A stretch of DNA of 51,184 bases from an uncultured Bacilli bacterium (lineage in GTDB: Bacteria > Bacillota_I > Bacilli_A > RF39 > UBA660): NCBI GenBank assembly GCA_947623625.1, contig CANQHD010000003.1, positions 1 through 51,184 of the forward strand, in the 5' to 3' direction. This document shows, one piece after another, positions 1 through 9,502 of the stretch. The translations under genes were made by a program, and so were the position numbers. Position 1 is the stretch's first letter, and the number at the start of each line of letters is the position of its first letter. The notes under the pieces are model-generated. The model was given only the letters and a program-made list of their open reading frames with translations, made no database searches and was not told where the DNA came from.

Positions 1-53
1 ATGCACTTAACTACCAATACAAAGATGAAACCAAACAAATTGAAAATAAATAA
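1..53 (+). CDS. 3' end of an unknown ORF (...ALNYQYKDETKQIENK*) inside the left element
   Basis: Open frame from position 3 to TAA at 51-53, followed by an imperfect inverted repeat at about 65-85. Too short to identify. Confidence 0.35.
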   Translation, partial: ALNYQYKDETKQIENK

Positions 54-112
54 TTAAATTTCAATTGTTGTAAAATTTGCAATAACCTAAAACAATAACT
101 AAAAAATGAAAA

Positions 113-283
113 AAATATAGGTTGTGTTAGAACACACCTTGCAAACCCTTGTAAAATAAGGATTTAATAAAGTTCCAAAAAACTCAAGTAAACTTATAAG
201 TTAAACTTTTAAAAAAAATTATTCTAAATAGTTAAAAAATAGGTCTGTATCAGACCACACGCAAACCCTTATAAATAAAGGAA
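113..283 (+). repeat. Two imperfect ~50-bp direct repeats near the element end
   Basis: ataggttgtgttagaacacaccttgcaaacccttgtaaaataagga (about 117-162) vs ataggtctgtatcagaccacacgcaaacccttataaataaagga (about 239-282). Confidence 0.65.
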
Positions 284-310
284 AAAATAGAAAAGTGTCT
301 TCACTGCACT

Positions 311-658
311 CAAAGAGTTGCCCTTATTAGAACCCTTGCAGTAAAACCAGATATTCTTCTTTTAGATGAGCCTTTTTCTGCACTTGATTATCAAACACGT
401 CTTGCTCTTTCAGAGGATGTTTATAATATCATTAAAAATGAGAAAAAAACAGCCATTATGGTGACGCATGATTTAGCAGAAGCAATCTCGACTTCTGATC
501 GTATTTTTGTCTTATCCAAGCGACCTGCTACTGTAAAAAAGATTTATGAAATTCATCTAACCGATAAGCAAGGACCTATTCACAATCGAAAATGCCCAGA
601 ATTTAGCGTGTACTATGATCAAATATGGAGGGATTTAGATGTCCACATCGAGTCTTGA
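311..658 (+). pseudogene. ytlC: 3' half of an interrupted ABC transporter ATP-binding gene (YtlC / NitT-TauT type); may be restored by excision
   Basis: Frame from 311 reads QRVALIRTLAVKPDILLLDEPFSALDYQTRLAL...MVTHDLAEAI (post-signature helix, Walker B, H-loop). Walker A and LSGG are absent. It overlaps a YtlD-like permease. Confidence 0.8.
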
Positions 659-1439
659 GCATCAAAAATTCTTATCTCAAAAAAAGAAAGAAAAAAGAAA
701 AATTTGCTTATTTCGTATACTAATCCTTATTTTGTTTTTAGGAATTTGGCAAATTGCTGCTGAAAAAAAGTGGATCAATACCTTTTTATCTTCATCTCCT
801 AAAATGATTCTTGAAACAATTTTAAATCTTTGTAAAACAAACGATTTATGGAACCATATTGCAATTACAATTTATGAGACCATTTTAAGTTTTGCTCTTG
901 CATCTTTCTTAGGATTATTGACTGCAGCGTTTCTTTGGTGGAAGCCAATCATAGCAAAAATTGTGGATCCTTATTTAACTGTTTTAAATTCTCTTCCTAA
1001 AGTTGCTCTTGGTCCTTTGATCATCATTTGGGTAGGAGCTAGTACAAATTCGATCATTTTTATGGCACTTTTAATTGCAACATTTTTATCGATTATTGAT
1101 ATTTACCATGCGTTTATAACAACAGATAATCACTATATCACTTTGATGAAATCTTTTCATGCCAAAAAAGGACAAATATTTTTCAAAGTGATTTTGCCAA
1201 GTAATTTAGAAAATATAATCAACAGCTTAAAAATAAATATTGGGATGAGTTTCATCGGAGTTATCATGGGAGAGCTGCTCGTTTCTAAAAAAGGACTTGG
1301 TTACCTTATTATGTATGGATCTCAGGTTTTTAATATCAATCTTGTGATTGCATCCGTCTTCATCCTTGGTCTACTCTCTTTTTCATTCTATTATCTCATT
1401 TGTCTGTTTGAAAAAAAATTACAAAAAAAGGGTCTATAA
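639..1439 (+). CDS. ytlD: ABC transporter permease (YtlD-like, NitT/TauT family)
   Basis: PYLTVLNSLPKVALGPLII and GELLVSKKGLGYLIMYGSQVFN closely match B. subtilis YtlD as I recall it; multiple TM segments. Confidence 0.85.
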   Translation: MSTSSLEHQKFLSQKKKEKRKICLFRILILILFLGIWQIAAEKKWINTFLSSSPKMILETILNLCKTNDLWNHIAITIYETILSFALASFLGLLTAAFLWWKPIIAKIVDPYLTVLNSLPKVALGPLIIIWVGASTNSIIFMALLIATFLSIIDIYHAFITTDNHYITLMKSFHAKKGQIFFKVILPSNLENIINSLKINIGMSFIGVIMGELLVSKKGLGYLIMYGSQVFNINLVIASVFILGLLSFSFYYLICLFEKKLQKKGL

Positions 1440-1440
1440 T

Positions 1441-1478
1441 AAATAGTGTTAGTGAGTACAATCATTAACACTATTTTT
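1441..1478. terminator. Probable bidirectional intrinsic terminator
   Basis: aatagtgtta...taacactatt inverted repeat with A/T tails between convergent genes. Confidence 0.75.
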
Positions 1479-1486
1479 CAACTCTA

Positions 1487-1678
1487 TTATTTTTTTCTTA
1501 TTGAATTGAATTGTTTATTATTTTGATTCAACCAATATAGTCTTACCACTCCTATTCCTATTGGAATAACAGCAACTGGAGGACAAAGAACTAAACTTCC
1601 AACTGTGACACTACCTAGCACAACCCCATTTTTTATTCTTCTTCTTTTATTTTGTTTTTCGAATGATTTTGATGACAT
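1487..1678 (-). CDS. Small membrane protein, hypothetical
   Basis: 63 aa, basic N-terminus and hydrophobic hairpin; RBS-like AAGGGA upstream; follows the ABC permease gene. Confidence 0.6.
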   Translation of the reverse strand: MSSKSFEKQNKRRRIKNGVVLGSVTVGSLVLCPPVAVIPIGIGVVRLYWLNQNNKQFNSIRKK

Positions 1679-1698
1679 AATTTTTCATCCCTTTCCTT

Positions 1699-2331
1699 TT
1701 AAAATTCTTTTTTGTTAAATATCCTTTCAGATATTTTATAAGATATATAAACCATAATAATTGCGATGATTATTAAAATGATGATTAAATAGTCTTCTAA
1801 AAATAATATAGCCTTTGTAATCAATGATAGATTGAAATAATTTGTGAGAAAACCACCGATAAACACGAGACCAAATACAATTAAAAATATACCAATTCTT
1901 GCTTTTTCAACACCCAATTTATAAATAATGGGATACATAAAAGACAAAACGAATAATGTTCCAAATATTGTACCAAACATGGATATTAATATTTGTTCAC
2001 AGTTTATTGTTTTTGTGCTTGCATAAGAAATTATAAAAGATAAAAGAGTTGTGATAATAGAAACAATAACAATCATCAAGACTGTTGCTACGTATTTTGA
2101 CTTTACACTGTTTTTTCTTCCGTCAGGGAATGAAATAGAATAAGCATCCCAATTATTATAGTTATCATAACTAAATGTTGAAATCATTATCATAACACTC
2201 ATAAATGGCAAGATGAAGGAGATATCTATCTCACCAACAAAGCCCATTAATGTGTATGCAATAATCAATATTCCTAATAATTTAAAATTACTTTTAATCA
2301 TGAATAAGTCTTTTTTAATAAATCCTATCAT
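1699..2331 (-). CDS. ABC-2 transporter permease
   Basis: About 6 TM segments; SYD...WD.Y..S.P..RK..VKSKY motif; ends KKEF. Confidence 0.85.
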   Translation of the reverse strand: MIGFIKKDLFMIKSNFKLLGILIIAYTLMGFVGEIDISFILPFMSVMIMISTFSYDNYNNWDAYSISFPDGRKNSVKSKYVATVLMIVIVSIITTLLSFIISYASTKTINCEQILISMFGTIFGTLFVLSFMYPIIYKLGVEKARIGIFLIVFGLVFIGGFLTNYFNLSLITKAILFLEDYLIIILIIIAIIMVYISYKISERIFNKKEF

Positions 2332-3188
2332 TATTCTTCCCCCTTAATCATTAAAACCATCAGCTCATCTAAAGTTATTTTGTCTATTATAGCAATATCA
2401 TATTTTGCTTTAAAGTCTTTTTTATTAGAAACCAATACTTCATATTCATATTTTGTTTTTCTATATTTAATATAATCTTTTTTATTGATTTTTTTAAATT
2501 CAGCTTCTGTGCATTTGACAATACCATACTTATCTAATAATTCGTCTTTTGTCTTAGATAAGACTATTTCTCCACGATTAATAAAAGTAATATAGTCTGC
2601 AATGTGTTCTAAATCTGTAGTAATATGACTAGAAAGTAAAATAGAACAATCATCTTTTTCAATAAAGCTTTGAAATATTTGGATAATTTCTGCACGAGCA
2701 ACTGGATCTAAGCCAGATGTTGGCTCATCTAATATTAAAAGTTTAGGATGGTGAGATAATGCTGTTGCTATTTCTAGTTTTTTTCGCATTCCTTTTGAAA
2801 AAGTTTTAATTTGTTTATTAGGTAATAATGAAAATTCTTTTAAGTAGTCATCGAACATTTTACTATCCCAGTTTTTATAAATACCTTTCATAGTATTATC
2901 AATATCGTTTGGTGTAAGAATTTCAGGAAAAAACATATCATCTAATACGACCCCAATATCTTCTTTTATTTTCTTATCATATTTGCGATTATCTAACCCA
3001 AAAATTTTAATTTCTCCACGATAGGATTGAATGATGTTTAATATGGCTTTTATGGTTGTTGTCTTTCCAGCACCATTTTCTCCAATAAAGCCCATAATCA
3101 TACCCTTAGGTAGACTCAATGTTACATTTTTCAAAGCAAAGTTATCATACGTTTTACATAAATTTTTAATTTCTAAAATATTTTCCAT
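2331..3188 (-). CDS. ABC transporter ATP-binding protein (YtrB-like)
   Basis: GENGAGKTT, FSKGM, LILDEPTSGLDP, SSH motifs. Confidence 0.95.
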   Translation of the reverse strand: MENILEIKNLCKTYDNFALKNVTLSLPKGMIMGFIGENGAGKTTTIKAILNIIQSYRGEIKIFGLDNRKYDKKIKEDIGVVLDDMFFPEILTPNDIDNTMKGIYKNWDSKMFDDYLKEFSLLPNKQIKTFSKGMRKKLEIATALSHHPKLLILDEPTSGLDPVARAEIIQIFQSFIEKDDCSILLSSHITTDLEHIADYITFINRGEIVLSKTKDELLDKYGIVKCTEAEFKKINKKDYIKYRKTKYEYEVLVSNKKDFKAKYDIAIIDKITLDELMVLMIKGEE

Positions 3189-3191
3189 TTT

Positions 3192-3569
3192 TTATTTATC
3201 CTCCTCATATAAGATAGTTAACATTTCATTGAGTGTTTTCTTATTTATATTATTCATTTTTGCAATAGTAACTGCCTTATCCATCAGTTCTTCTATCTTA
3301 TTTAATTGTTCTTCTAATGCGACATCTTTATTGATTTTAGCAACATAGAAACCTTTTGACGGAACATTTTTTATATAGCCTTCTTTCACTAATTCTTCAT
3401 AAGCGTTTTTCGTTGTTATGACACTGCAGTAAAGATCTTTAGCTAAGGTTCTAATAGAGGGCAATAGTTCGTTTTCTTTTAATTCGTTAGAAACAATTTT
3501 AACCTTTATTTGTTCTTTTATTTGTTCATATATTGGAACTCCACTTGAATTACTTATTATAATTTCCAT
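3192..3569 (-). CDS. GntR-family regulator (YtrA subfamily)
   Basis: PIYEQI...LPSIRTLA...T.KNAYEEL; 125 aa; heads an ABC operon. Confidence 0.92.
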   Translation of the reverse strand: MEIIISNSSGVPIYEQIKEQIKVKIVSNELKENELLPSIRTLAKDLYCSVITTKNAYEELVKEGYIKNVPSKGFYVAKINKDVALEEQLNKIEELMDKAVTIAKMNNINKKTLNEMLTILYEEDK

Positions 3570-3582
3570 AATTCACCTCTTT

Positions 3583-3622
3583 TGTATATACATATTATAT
3601 ACAGATTATACACAGTTGTCAA
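3583..3622 (-). promoter_or_regulatory. Consensus sigmaA promoter overlapped by a YtrA-type operator
   Basis: TTGACA (3622-3617), 17 bp, TATAAT (3599-3594). The palindrome TGTATATA-N5-TATATACA at 3583-3603 fits TGTA-N13-TACA. Confidence 0.85.
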
Positions 3623-3832
3623 TGCATATAAAATAAAAACTCATTACTTGAAAGATAGAATGATATCGATAATGACATTGATACTTTTTTATAGAACAAA
3701 AAAGAACTAGAATTTAGTCCTCTTACACAGTTCATTTATCACTCATTTTTGACTCTACTTTTTAATTTTTTTATCAATTGCCAAAATTTAGACCATTCTA
3801 TAACAGTGTCTAGGCTATAAAAATTAGTATTC

Positions 3833-4525
3833 TCATTTTTTTAGTATTGTATATGAGTAGCTTTCATCAAGCAAACTCATTATATCGCTATCAGCAATCG
3901 TATCATCTAATAGAATTGTAATCCAATTTTTTTTATTCATGTGATATGCAGGATAAAATCCTTTTTTCTGGAGCAATTCTTTTATTTTATTGGGGTTTAA
4001 TTTTACATCAATTATTTCTACTTCTCCAGTAGAGTCTGCATCTATTTTGCTTTTATCTATATTCATTATTATGCCGTACCATTTTTTACTGATAGAATTT
4101 CTAAAAGTAGCATATCCGGGAAATTTTTCCCATTCAAATTCTGGTTCATCCTTGTATTTTAACTTTATTTGTTTTGCTATTCTATTGGATTGTTCACATA
4201 TAAAAAATTCCTTTGTAAAGCATTGGTTTCTAATATCTTTTAATATATTTATGAATTCTTCTTTTATTTTTTCTACAAAAGACCCTTTAATATTTTTTAT
4301 TCGAAAGTTGGTATATTCACATTCAGCACTTAAATCAAAAACTTTGCCTTGAACAAATCCATCACTATTTATTTCAATATCAACTCTAAAAGTATTGTTG
4401 ATAATTTTTTTCGAATATCGGTAAACTGTCTTTTCTTTTTTAAATCCATATTCCAATATCTTATGAAAATCTATTTTTGTTTTTCTAAATATTTCTTCTT
4501 CAATTGTCATTTTTACACTCTTCAA
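3833..4525 (-). CDS. MmcQ/YjbR-family DNA-binding protein
   Basis: KWYGIIM...GFYPAYHMNKKNWITILLD motif. Confidence 0.88.
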   Translation of the reverse strand: MKSVKMTIEEEIFRKTKIDFHKILEYGFKKEKTVYRYSKKIINNTFRVDIEINSDGFVQGKVFDLSAECEYTNFRIKNIKGSFVEKIKEEFINILKDIRNQCFTKEFFICEQSNRIAKQIKLKYKDEPEFEWEKFPGYATFRNSISKKWYGIIMNIDKSKIDADSTGEVEIIDVKLNPNKIKELLQKKGFYPAYHMNKKNWITILLDDTIADSDIMSLLDESYSYTILKK

Positions 4526-4569
4526 AAATTATTATTTTCCCTTTCAACTACAATTATATATTAGTGTTT

Positions 4570-4923
4570 TTATAAATTTTTCTTAAAAGCAGCTTTTAAA
4601 ATACGAAAAGCAACGATTATGAATATTCCTATTATTATAAAAGAGGAATATCTTTTGTTGGAAATAGCATCATATATTGCATATACTAAAAATCCAAAAA
4701 TATAAATAAAAAAACTTATTCGAAAAATATATTTAAAAATATGCGCTATTTTTTCCTTCTCGATTAGAATAAATAACATTTCCAAAAGGTGAGTAAAAGA
4801 ACAGATTAAAAATGGACTTATAATAATTTTTCCAACAAATTGATTGCAAGAAAAAGCCCAAGTTAATGTTAAGAATGCTGTCAAATCAACAATCATTTGC
4901 CTAATAATATATATTTTTTTCAT
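4570..4923 (-). CDS. Hypothetical membrane protein
   Basis: 117 aa with about 4 hydrophobic segments; directly follows the ABC exporter. Confidence 0.65.
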   Translation of the reverse strand: MKKIYIIRQMIVDLTAFLTLTWAFSCNQFVGKIIISPFLICSFTHLLEMLFILIEKEKIAHIFKYIFRISFFIYIFGFLVYAIYDAISNKRYSSFIIIGIFIIVAFRILKAAFKKNL

Positions 4924-4928
4924 CGTTT

Positions 4929-6773
4929 TTATTCCAATTCAAAAGCACCTGTATAAAGTTCATAATATTTTCCTTTTTGCTTCATCAAATCTTCATGGTT
5001 TCCTCTTTCAATAATTTTACCATTTTCAAGAACAATAATAGCTTCAGCATTGCGAATAGTTGATAAGCGATGCGCAATGACAAATACAGTGCGTCCTTCC
5101 ATTAATTTATCCATTCCCTCTTGAACATCTTTTTCTGTACGGGTATCAATACTTGAAGTTGCCTCATCTAAAATCATAACAGGTGGATTGTTGAGGGCAC
5201 ATCTTGCAATAGCAAGGAGCTGCCGTTGTCCTTGAGATAAATTTTCACCATTATCTGTAATGATAGTATTATAACCATTTGGCAACTTTTCAATAAATTT
5301 ATCTGCATTAGCAAGACGCGCTGCTGCAATACATTCTTCATCACTCGCGTCTTTTCTTCCATATCGTAAATTTTCCATAATAGTTGCGGTGAATAAATGA
5401 ACATCTTGTAAAACCATTCCTAACGATTTTCTTAAATCATTCTTATTGATATCTTCAATATTAATACCATCATATAAAATACTCCCTTTCTCAAGATCAT
5501 AAAAGTGATTCATTAGATTGGCTAGTGTTGTCTTCCCTGCTCCAGTTGCTCCAACTAAAGCAATCTTTTCTCCTGGATTTGCATATAAATGAATATCTTT
5601 TAATACCTTTTTCCCTTTGACATAAGAAAAATCAACATTTTGAAAACGTATATCACCCTTTAATTCAATAAGTTCATTATTCTCTGGATTTTTCCATGCC
5701 CAAAGACCTGTATACGTAGAGGATTGTTTAAATAATCCATCTTCTTGACGTAGGACATTGACTAATGTAATTTTTCCCTCATTTTTTTCACTTTCTTCAT
5801 CCATAAGCTCAAAAATTCTATTGGCTCCTGCTAATGCTAAAGCAATGGAGTTATACTGTTGAGACAATTGATTAATGTGCATTGTAAAACCTCTTGTCAA
5901 AAGTAAGAAAGATGCAATAGCTCCAATGGATAACATTCCTGTTTGAATTGCGAGGCTTCCTCCTAAAATAGCAATCACCACATAAACTAAATAGCCTATA
6001 TTTCCCATAATCGGCATAATAATATTAGCATAAATATTCGCATTCTTTGTATTTTCATATAATTTTTCATTCAATACATCGAATTTTTTCTTAGATTCTT
6101 CTTCATGAGTAAAAACTTGAACGACCTTTTGTCCATCCATCATCTCTTCTATATAAGCATTGACCTCCGCAACTGTTTTTTCTCTTGCATTAAAATAGAT
6201 TGCCGACTTTCTTCCGATATATCTTGCCACAAAAAGCATAATACTCACACCGAAGACGATCATCATAGTCAAATAGACATTTAATGAGAGCATAGAAATA
6301 AAAGCCGCTAAAATAAAAACCACATTAGATACACAGTTTGGAATACTTTGGGAAATCATCTCTCTTAAAGCATCCGTATCATTAATATAGTAACTCATAA
6401 TATCTCCATGAGGATTGTCATCAAAATAACGAATGGGTAATGTCTCCATATGTTGAAACATATCATCGCGAATTTGCTTTAATACGCCTTGACTTACATT
6501 GACAGTTAATCTTGAATAAATCCAAGTCATCAAAACTCCAATTAAATAAATAACTGCCATCCAGAAAATGGCTTGATATAAAGAAGTATAGATAGGATTT
6601 TGCTGTCCAATTAAAGGAGTAATATACTCATCGATCAAGACCTGCAAAAACAACTGACCATATACATGGCAAATAGAGCTAATAATAATCGCAATAAAAA
6701 TAACGAATAATTGTTTTTTAAATCTTTGAGTAATATATTTTAATAACCTTAAAAGTGGATGCTTTTTACTCAT
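4929..6773 (-). CDS. ABC multidrug-type exporter, fused TMD-NBD subunit (start probably 6773)
   Basis: TMD followed by GATGAGKTT, LSQGQRQ, ILDEATSSID, IAHRLSTI. Confidence 0.95.
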   Translation of the reverse strand: MSKKHPLLRLLKYITQRFKKQLFVIFIAIIISSICHVYGQLFLQVLIDEYITPLIGQQNPIYTSLYQAIFWMAVIYLIGVLMTWIYSRLTVNVSQGVLKQIRDDMFQHMETLPIRYFDDNPHGDIMSYYINDTDALREMISQSIPNCVSNVVFILAAFISMLSLNVYLTMMIVFGVSIMLFVARYIGRKSAIYFNAREKTVAEVNAYIEEMMDGQKVVQVFTHEEESKKKFDVLNEKLYENTKNANIYANIIMPIMGNIGYLVYVVIAILGGSLAIQTGMLSIGAIASFLLLTRGFTMHINQLSQQYNSIALALAGANRIFELMDEESEKNEGKITLVNVLRQEDGLFKQSSTYTGLWAWKNPENNELIELKGDIRFQNVDFSYVKGKKVLKDIHLYANPGEKIALVGATGAGKTTLANLMNHFYDLEKGSILYDGINIEDINKNDLRKSLGMVLQDVHLFTATIMENLRYGRKDASDEECIAAARLANADKFIEKLPNGYNTIITDNGENLSQGQRQLLAIARCALNNPPVMILDEATSSIDTRTEKDVQEGMDKLMEGRTVFVIAHRLSTIRNAEAIIVLENGKIIERGNHEDLMKQKGKYYELYTGAFELE

Positions 6774-8493
6774 CAGAAACACTTCCTTTGACTTGAGAAT
6801 AGTAAATTTCTTGATAAATTTGATTGTGTTTTAATAAATTCTGAGGGGTATCAAAATCTGAAATTTCTCCATTATCTAAAACAAGAACTCGATCACAGTC
6901 TTCTATACTAGAAATTCTTTGAGCAATAATAATTTTTGTCACCTTTGGAATAAACTGACGAAATGATTGACGAATCATTGCCTCTGTCTTCGTATCCACT
7001 GCACTAGTAGAATCATCCAAAATAATAATCTTAGGACTTTTTAGTAAAGCTCTTGCAATACACAATCTTTGTTTTTGTCCTCCTGAGAGATTGGTTCCAC
7101 CTTGATCAATATAAGTGTCATATCCATCTTTAAATTTAGATATGAATTCACTGCAACAAGCAATGGCACAAACTTTTTCGATTTCTTCTAAAGTTGCATC
7201 CTTTTTTCCCCATTTTAAATTTTCTTCAATGGTTCCACTAAATAATACGTTTTTTTGAAGAACGACCGCAACTGAATCTCGAAGAGTTTTTATCTCATAA
7301 TCACGTACATCTCGTCCTGCTAACAAAACGCGACCAGAACTGACATCGTATAGCCTTGGAATTAAATGAACTCAAGTACTTTTGCTTGAGCCAATTCCAC
7401 CAATGATACCAATCATTTCTCCAGATTGAATCGTTAAGTTAATATTTTTTAAAACCTCTTTTCCTTTTTTATATGAAAAAGAGACATTTTGAAATTCTAT
7501 ATCACCATTTTCTACACTTGTTATTGGGTTTTTATTATTTTTTATATTGACCTTTTCTTCCATGACTTCTACAATTCTTTTCATAGAAGGAATAGAAATA
7601 ATGCAGTTAACATAAACCATAGAAAGCATCATAAAACTACTTAAAATTTGAGCAGCATAAGTAATAACACCCGTCAATTCTCCAGTTGTAAGTGTGCCAA
7701 GTACAACATAGCGAGATCCAATAAAGCAGATTAAAACAATGGCAGTATAAATACAAAATCGCATAATAGGATTATTGAAAGCAACGAGTTTTTCTGCCTT
7801 AATGAAGTTCTGATAAATCTTATTAGAAATGGCATTGAATTTTTCTATTTCTCTTTCTTCTTGAACATAAGACTTCACAACGCGAATTCCTCTTACATTT
7901 TCCTGAACACGATTATTTAAATGATCATAAGTTTGAAAAACATTTTCAAATAAAGGATGCGCTTTATTGGCAATAAAAAATAATAAGAAACCAAGAACGG
8001 GTGCAATCATTAAAAAGATAAGAGAAAGCTTCGGATGAATTGTGTAGACCATCCATAAAGAAAAAAGAAACATGAGTGGAGAGCGAATGGCAATTCGAAT
8101 GAGCATCTGATAAGTTATTTGTAAATTATTAACATCTGTTGTCAGTCTTGTCACTAGACTGGATGAAGAAAATTTTTCAATATTTGAAAAAGAATAATCT
8201 TGAATCTTATTATACATATCATGTCTTAAATTTTTCGCAAAACCACTAGAAGCAATGGCAGCATAGCGACTGGATAAATAGCCAAAAAGCAAAGATAAAA
8301 AAGAAATTACAATTAAAATGCCACCAATTATCATAACTACATGTAAATCTTGTTTGTTGATCCCATCATCAATAATTTTACTCATCAAAATAGGAATGAA
8401 GACATCAAGAATCACTTCTAAAGAAATAAAAAGAATTGTTAAAAAACTAACTTTTTTATATTCACGAATCGATTTAGATATCTTTTTTATCAT
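6766..8493 (-). pseudogene. ABC exporter partner subunit with an in-frame TGA at 7372-7374 (ORFs 7372-8493 and 6766-7326 are one gene)
   Basis: Reads GSSKST-TGA-VHLIPRLYDVSSGRVLLAGRD without a frameshift; homologues have Leu here (KSTLV). Confidence 0.85.
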
Positions 8494-8555
8494 AACTTCA
8501 CCTCAATTTGAATATTTTCACTCACAAAATAGAAAAAAAGAAAAAGGAAATCCCT

Positions 8556-8903
8556 TTATCTTACCTTTTTAGCAATAAATTCAACGGTTCTTTTGGGATC
8601 TGCAATTAGTTTTTCATAAAGATTATCATGTTTTCTTAGCTCTTCTAAAATCAAAATTTCTTCTTCCGCAAGATAAAAGAACTCCTTGTCTTTTTTTTGA
8701 ACGACTTCATCATGACCTAAAAAGTAGGCAACATCAACGCCAAAAACTTTTCCTAACTCTAACAACGTATCAATTGTAGGCATTCTTGTTCCATTTTCAT
8801 AACAGCAAATACTGACCTTTGTGACATTAATTAAATCACCGAGTTCTTGTTGTGTAAGACCCTTTTTTTTCCGTAAATCTTTTAATCTTTTTCCTAATAG
8901 CAT
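8556..8903 (-). CDS. XRE-family HTH transcriptional regulator
   Basis: LKDLRKKKGLTQQELGDLINVTKVSICCYENGTRMP. Confidence 0.9.
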   Translation of the reverse strand: MLLGKRLKDLRKKKGLTQQELGDLINVTKVSICCYENGTRMPTIDTLLELGKVFGVDVAYFLGHDEVVQKKDKEFFYLAEEEILILEELRKHDNLYEKLIADPKRTVEFIAKKVR

Positions 8904-8990
8904 CTCTCTCACCTAACATTTAACATTATACCATTCATTATAGTGATTTGATTGAATTCTTTGACATAAATTAACTAATAAGTAACTTCT

Positions 8991-9338
8991 TTATTCTTTA
9001 AAATCTGGGCTTTTTTCCTTTTCTTTTTTCGTTAAAAAAGTAATTTTTTCGGCAACAATTTCAAGTCGATAGCGAATTCCATCTTCTTCTTCAATTTTTC
9101 TTGTTTGTACTCTTCCTCGTACTCCTACAATATCTCCTTTCCTACAATATTCTTTGGTTCGATTTGCTTTCTCTTCCCACAAAACACAATCAACAAAATC
9201 AGTATCATACTCACCATTCATATTTTTAAAACTTCTTGGAATTGCAAGGGATAAAGTGGCAACATTTTTTCCGGATTCAGTGACATGAACTTCTAAATCT
9301 TTGGTGAGTCTTCCAACCAAAATCACTTGATTTAAAAT
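8991..9338 (-). CDS. ssbB: Single-stranded DNA-binding protein, SsbB type (short, no acidic tail); probable ATT start
   Basis: LNQVILVGRLTKD...DFVDCVLW...VGVRGRVQTR. A strong SD (AAAGGAGGT) precedes ATT at 9338. Confidence 0.85.
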   Translation of the reverse strand: MLNQVILVGRLTKDLEVHVTESGKNVATLSLAIPRSFKNMNGEYDTDFVDCVLWEEKANRTKEYCRKGDIVGVRGRVQTRKIEEEDGIRYRLEIVAEKITFLTKKEKEKSPDFKE

Positions 9339-9457
9339 AATACCACCTCCTTTCTTGCCTACTAATTTATTCGAAAGAAAAGATTTTTGCAAAAGGCACA
9401 TTTGTCATTTTAAAAAGAGATTTTCCTCCTTTAAATGCGTTTTTTTATAAAAAAAGA

Positions 9458-9490
9458 AAAAATCTTGACAAGTAAACATGTCAGATTTTT
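9458..9490 (-). terminator. Terminator of the suf operon
   Basis: aaaatcttgaca...tgtcagatttt inverted repeat with a T-run on the minus strand. Confidence 0.7.
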
Positions 9491-9502
9491 AAAATTTGTA
9501 CT

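Larger units (their letters stand above)
1..310. mobile_element. Right end (attR side) of an inserted element interrupting the ytlC-like ABC ATPase gene; remainder lies outside the window
   Basis: ABC ATPase homology starts abruptly at 311 (QRVAL...). The same frame upstream reads *IKEKIEKCLHCT instead of LSGGM(R/K). The DNA is very AT-rich and non-coding with an imperfect direct repeat. No recombinase is visible inside the window. Confidence 0.7.

Noticed and set aside
113..283. Possible CRISPR array
   Set aside because: Only two degenerate copies of about 50 bp with a spacer of about 75 bp, and no cas genes in the window.
458..658. 66-aa stand-alone gene from the ORF track
   Set aside because: It is the tail of the interrupted ATPase whose homology starts at 311.
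7372..7374. TGA read as Trp (genetic code 4) or selenocysteine
   Set aside because: The position aligns with a conserved Leu, Trp is encoded by TGG elsewhere, and several genes end cleanly in TGA (e.g. 658, 3833, 28725).
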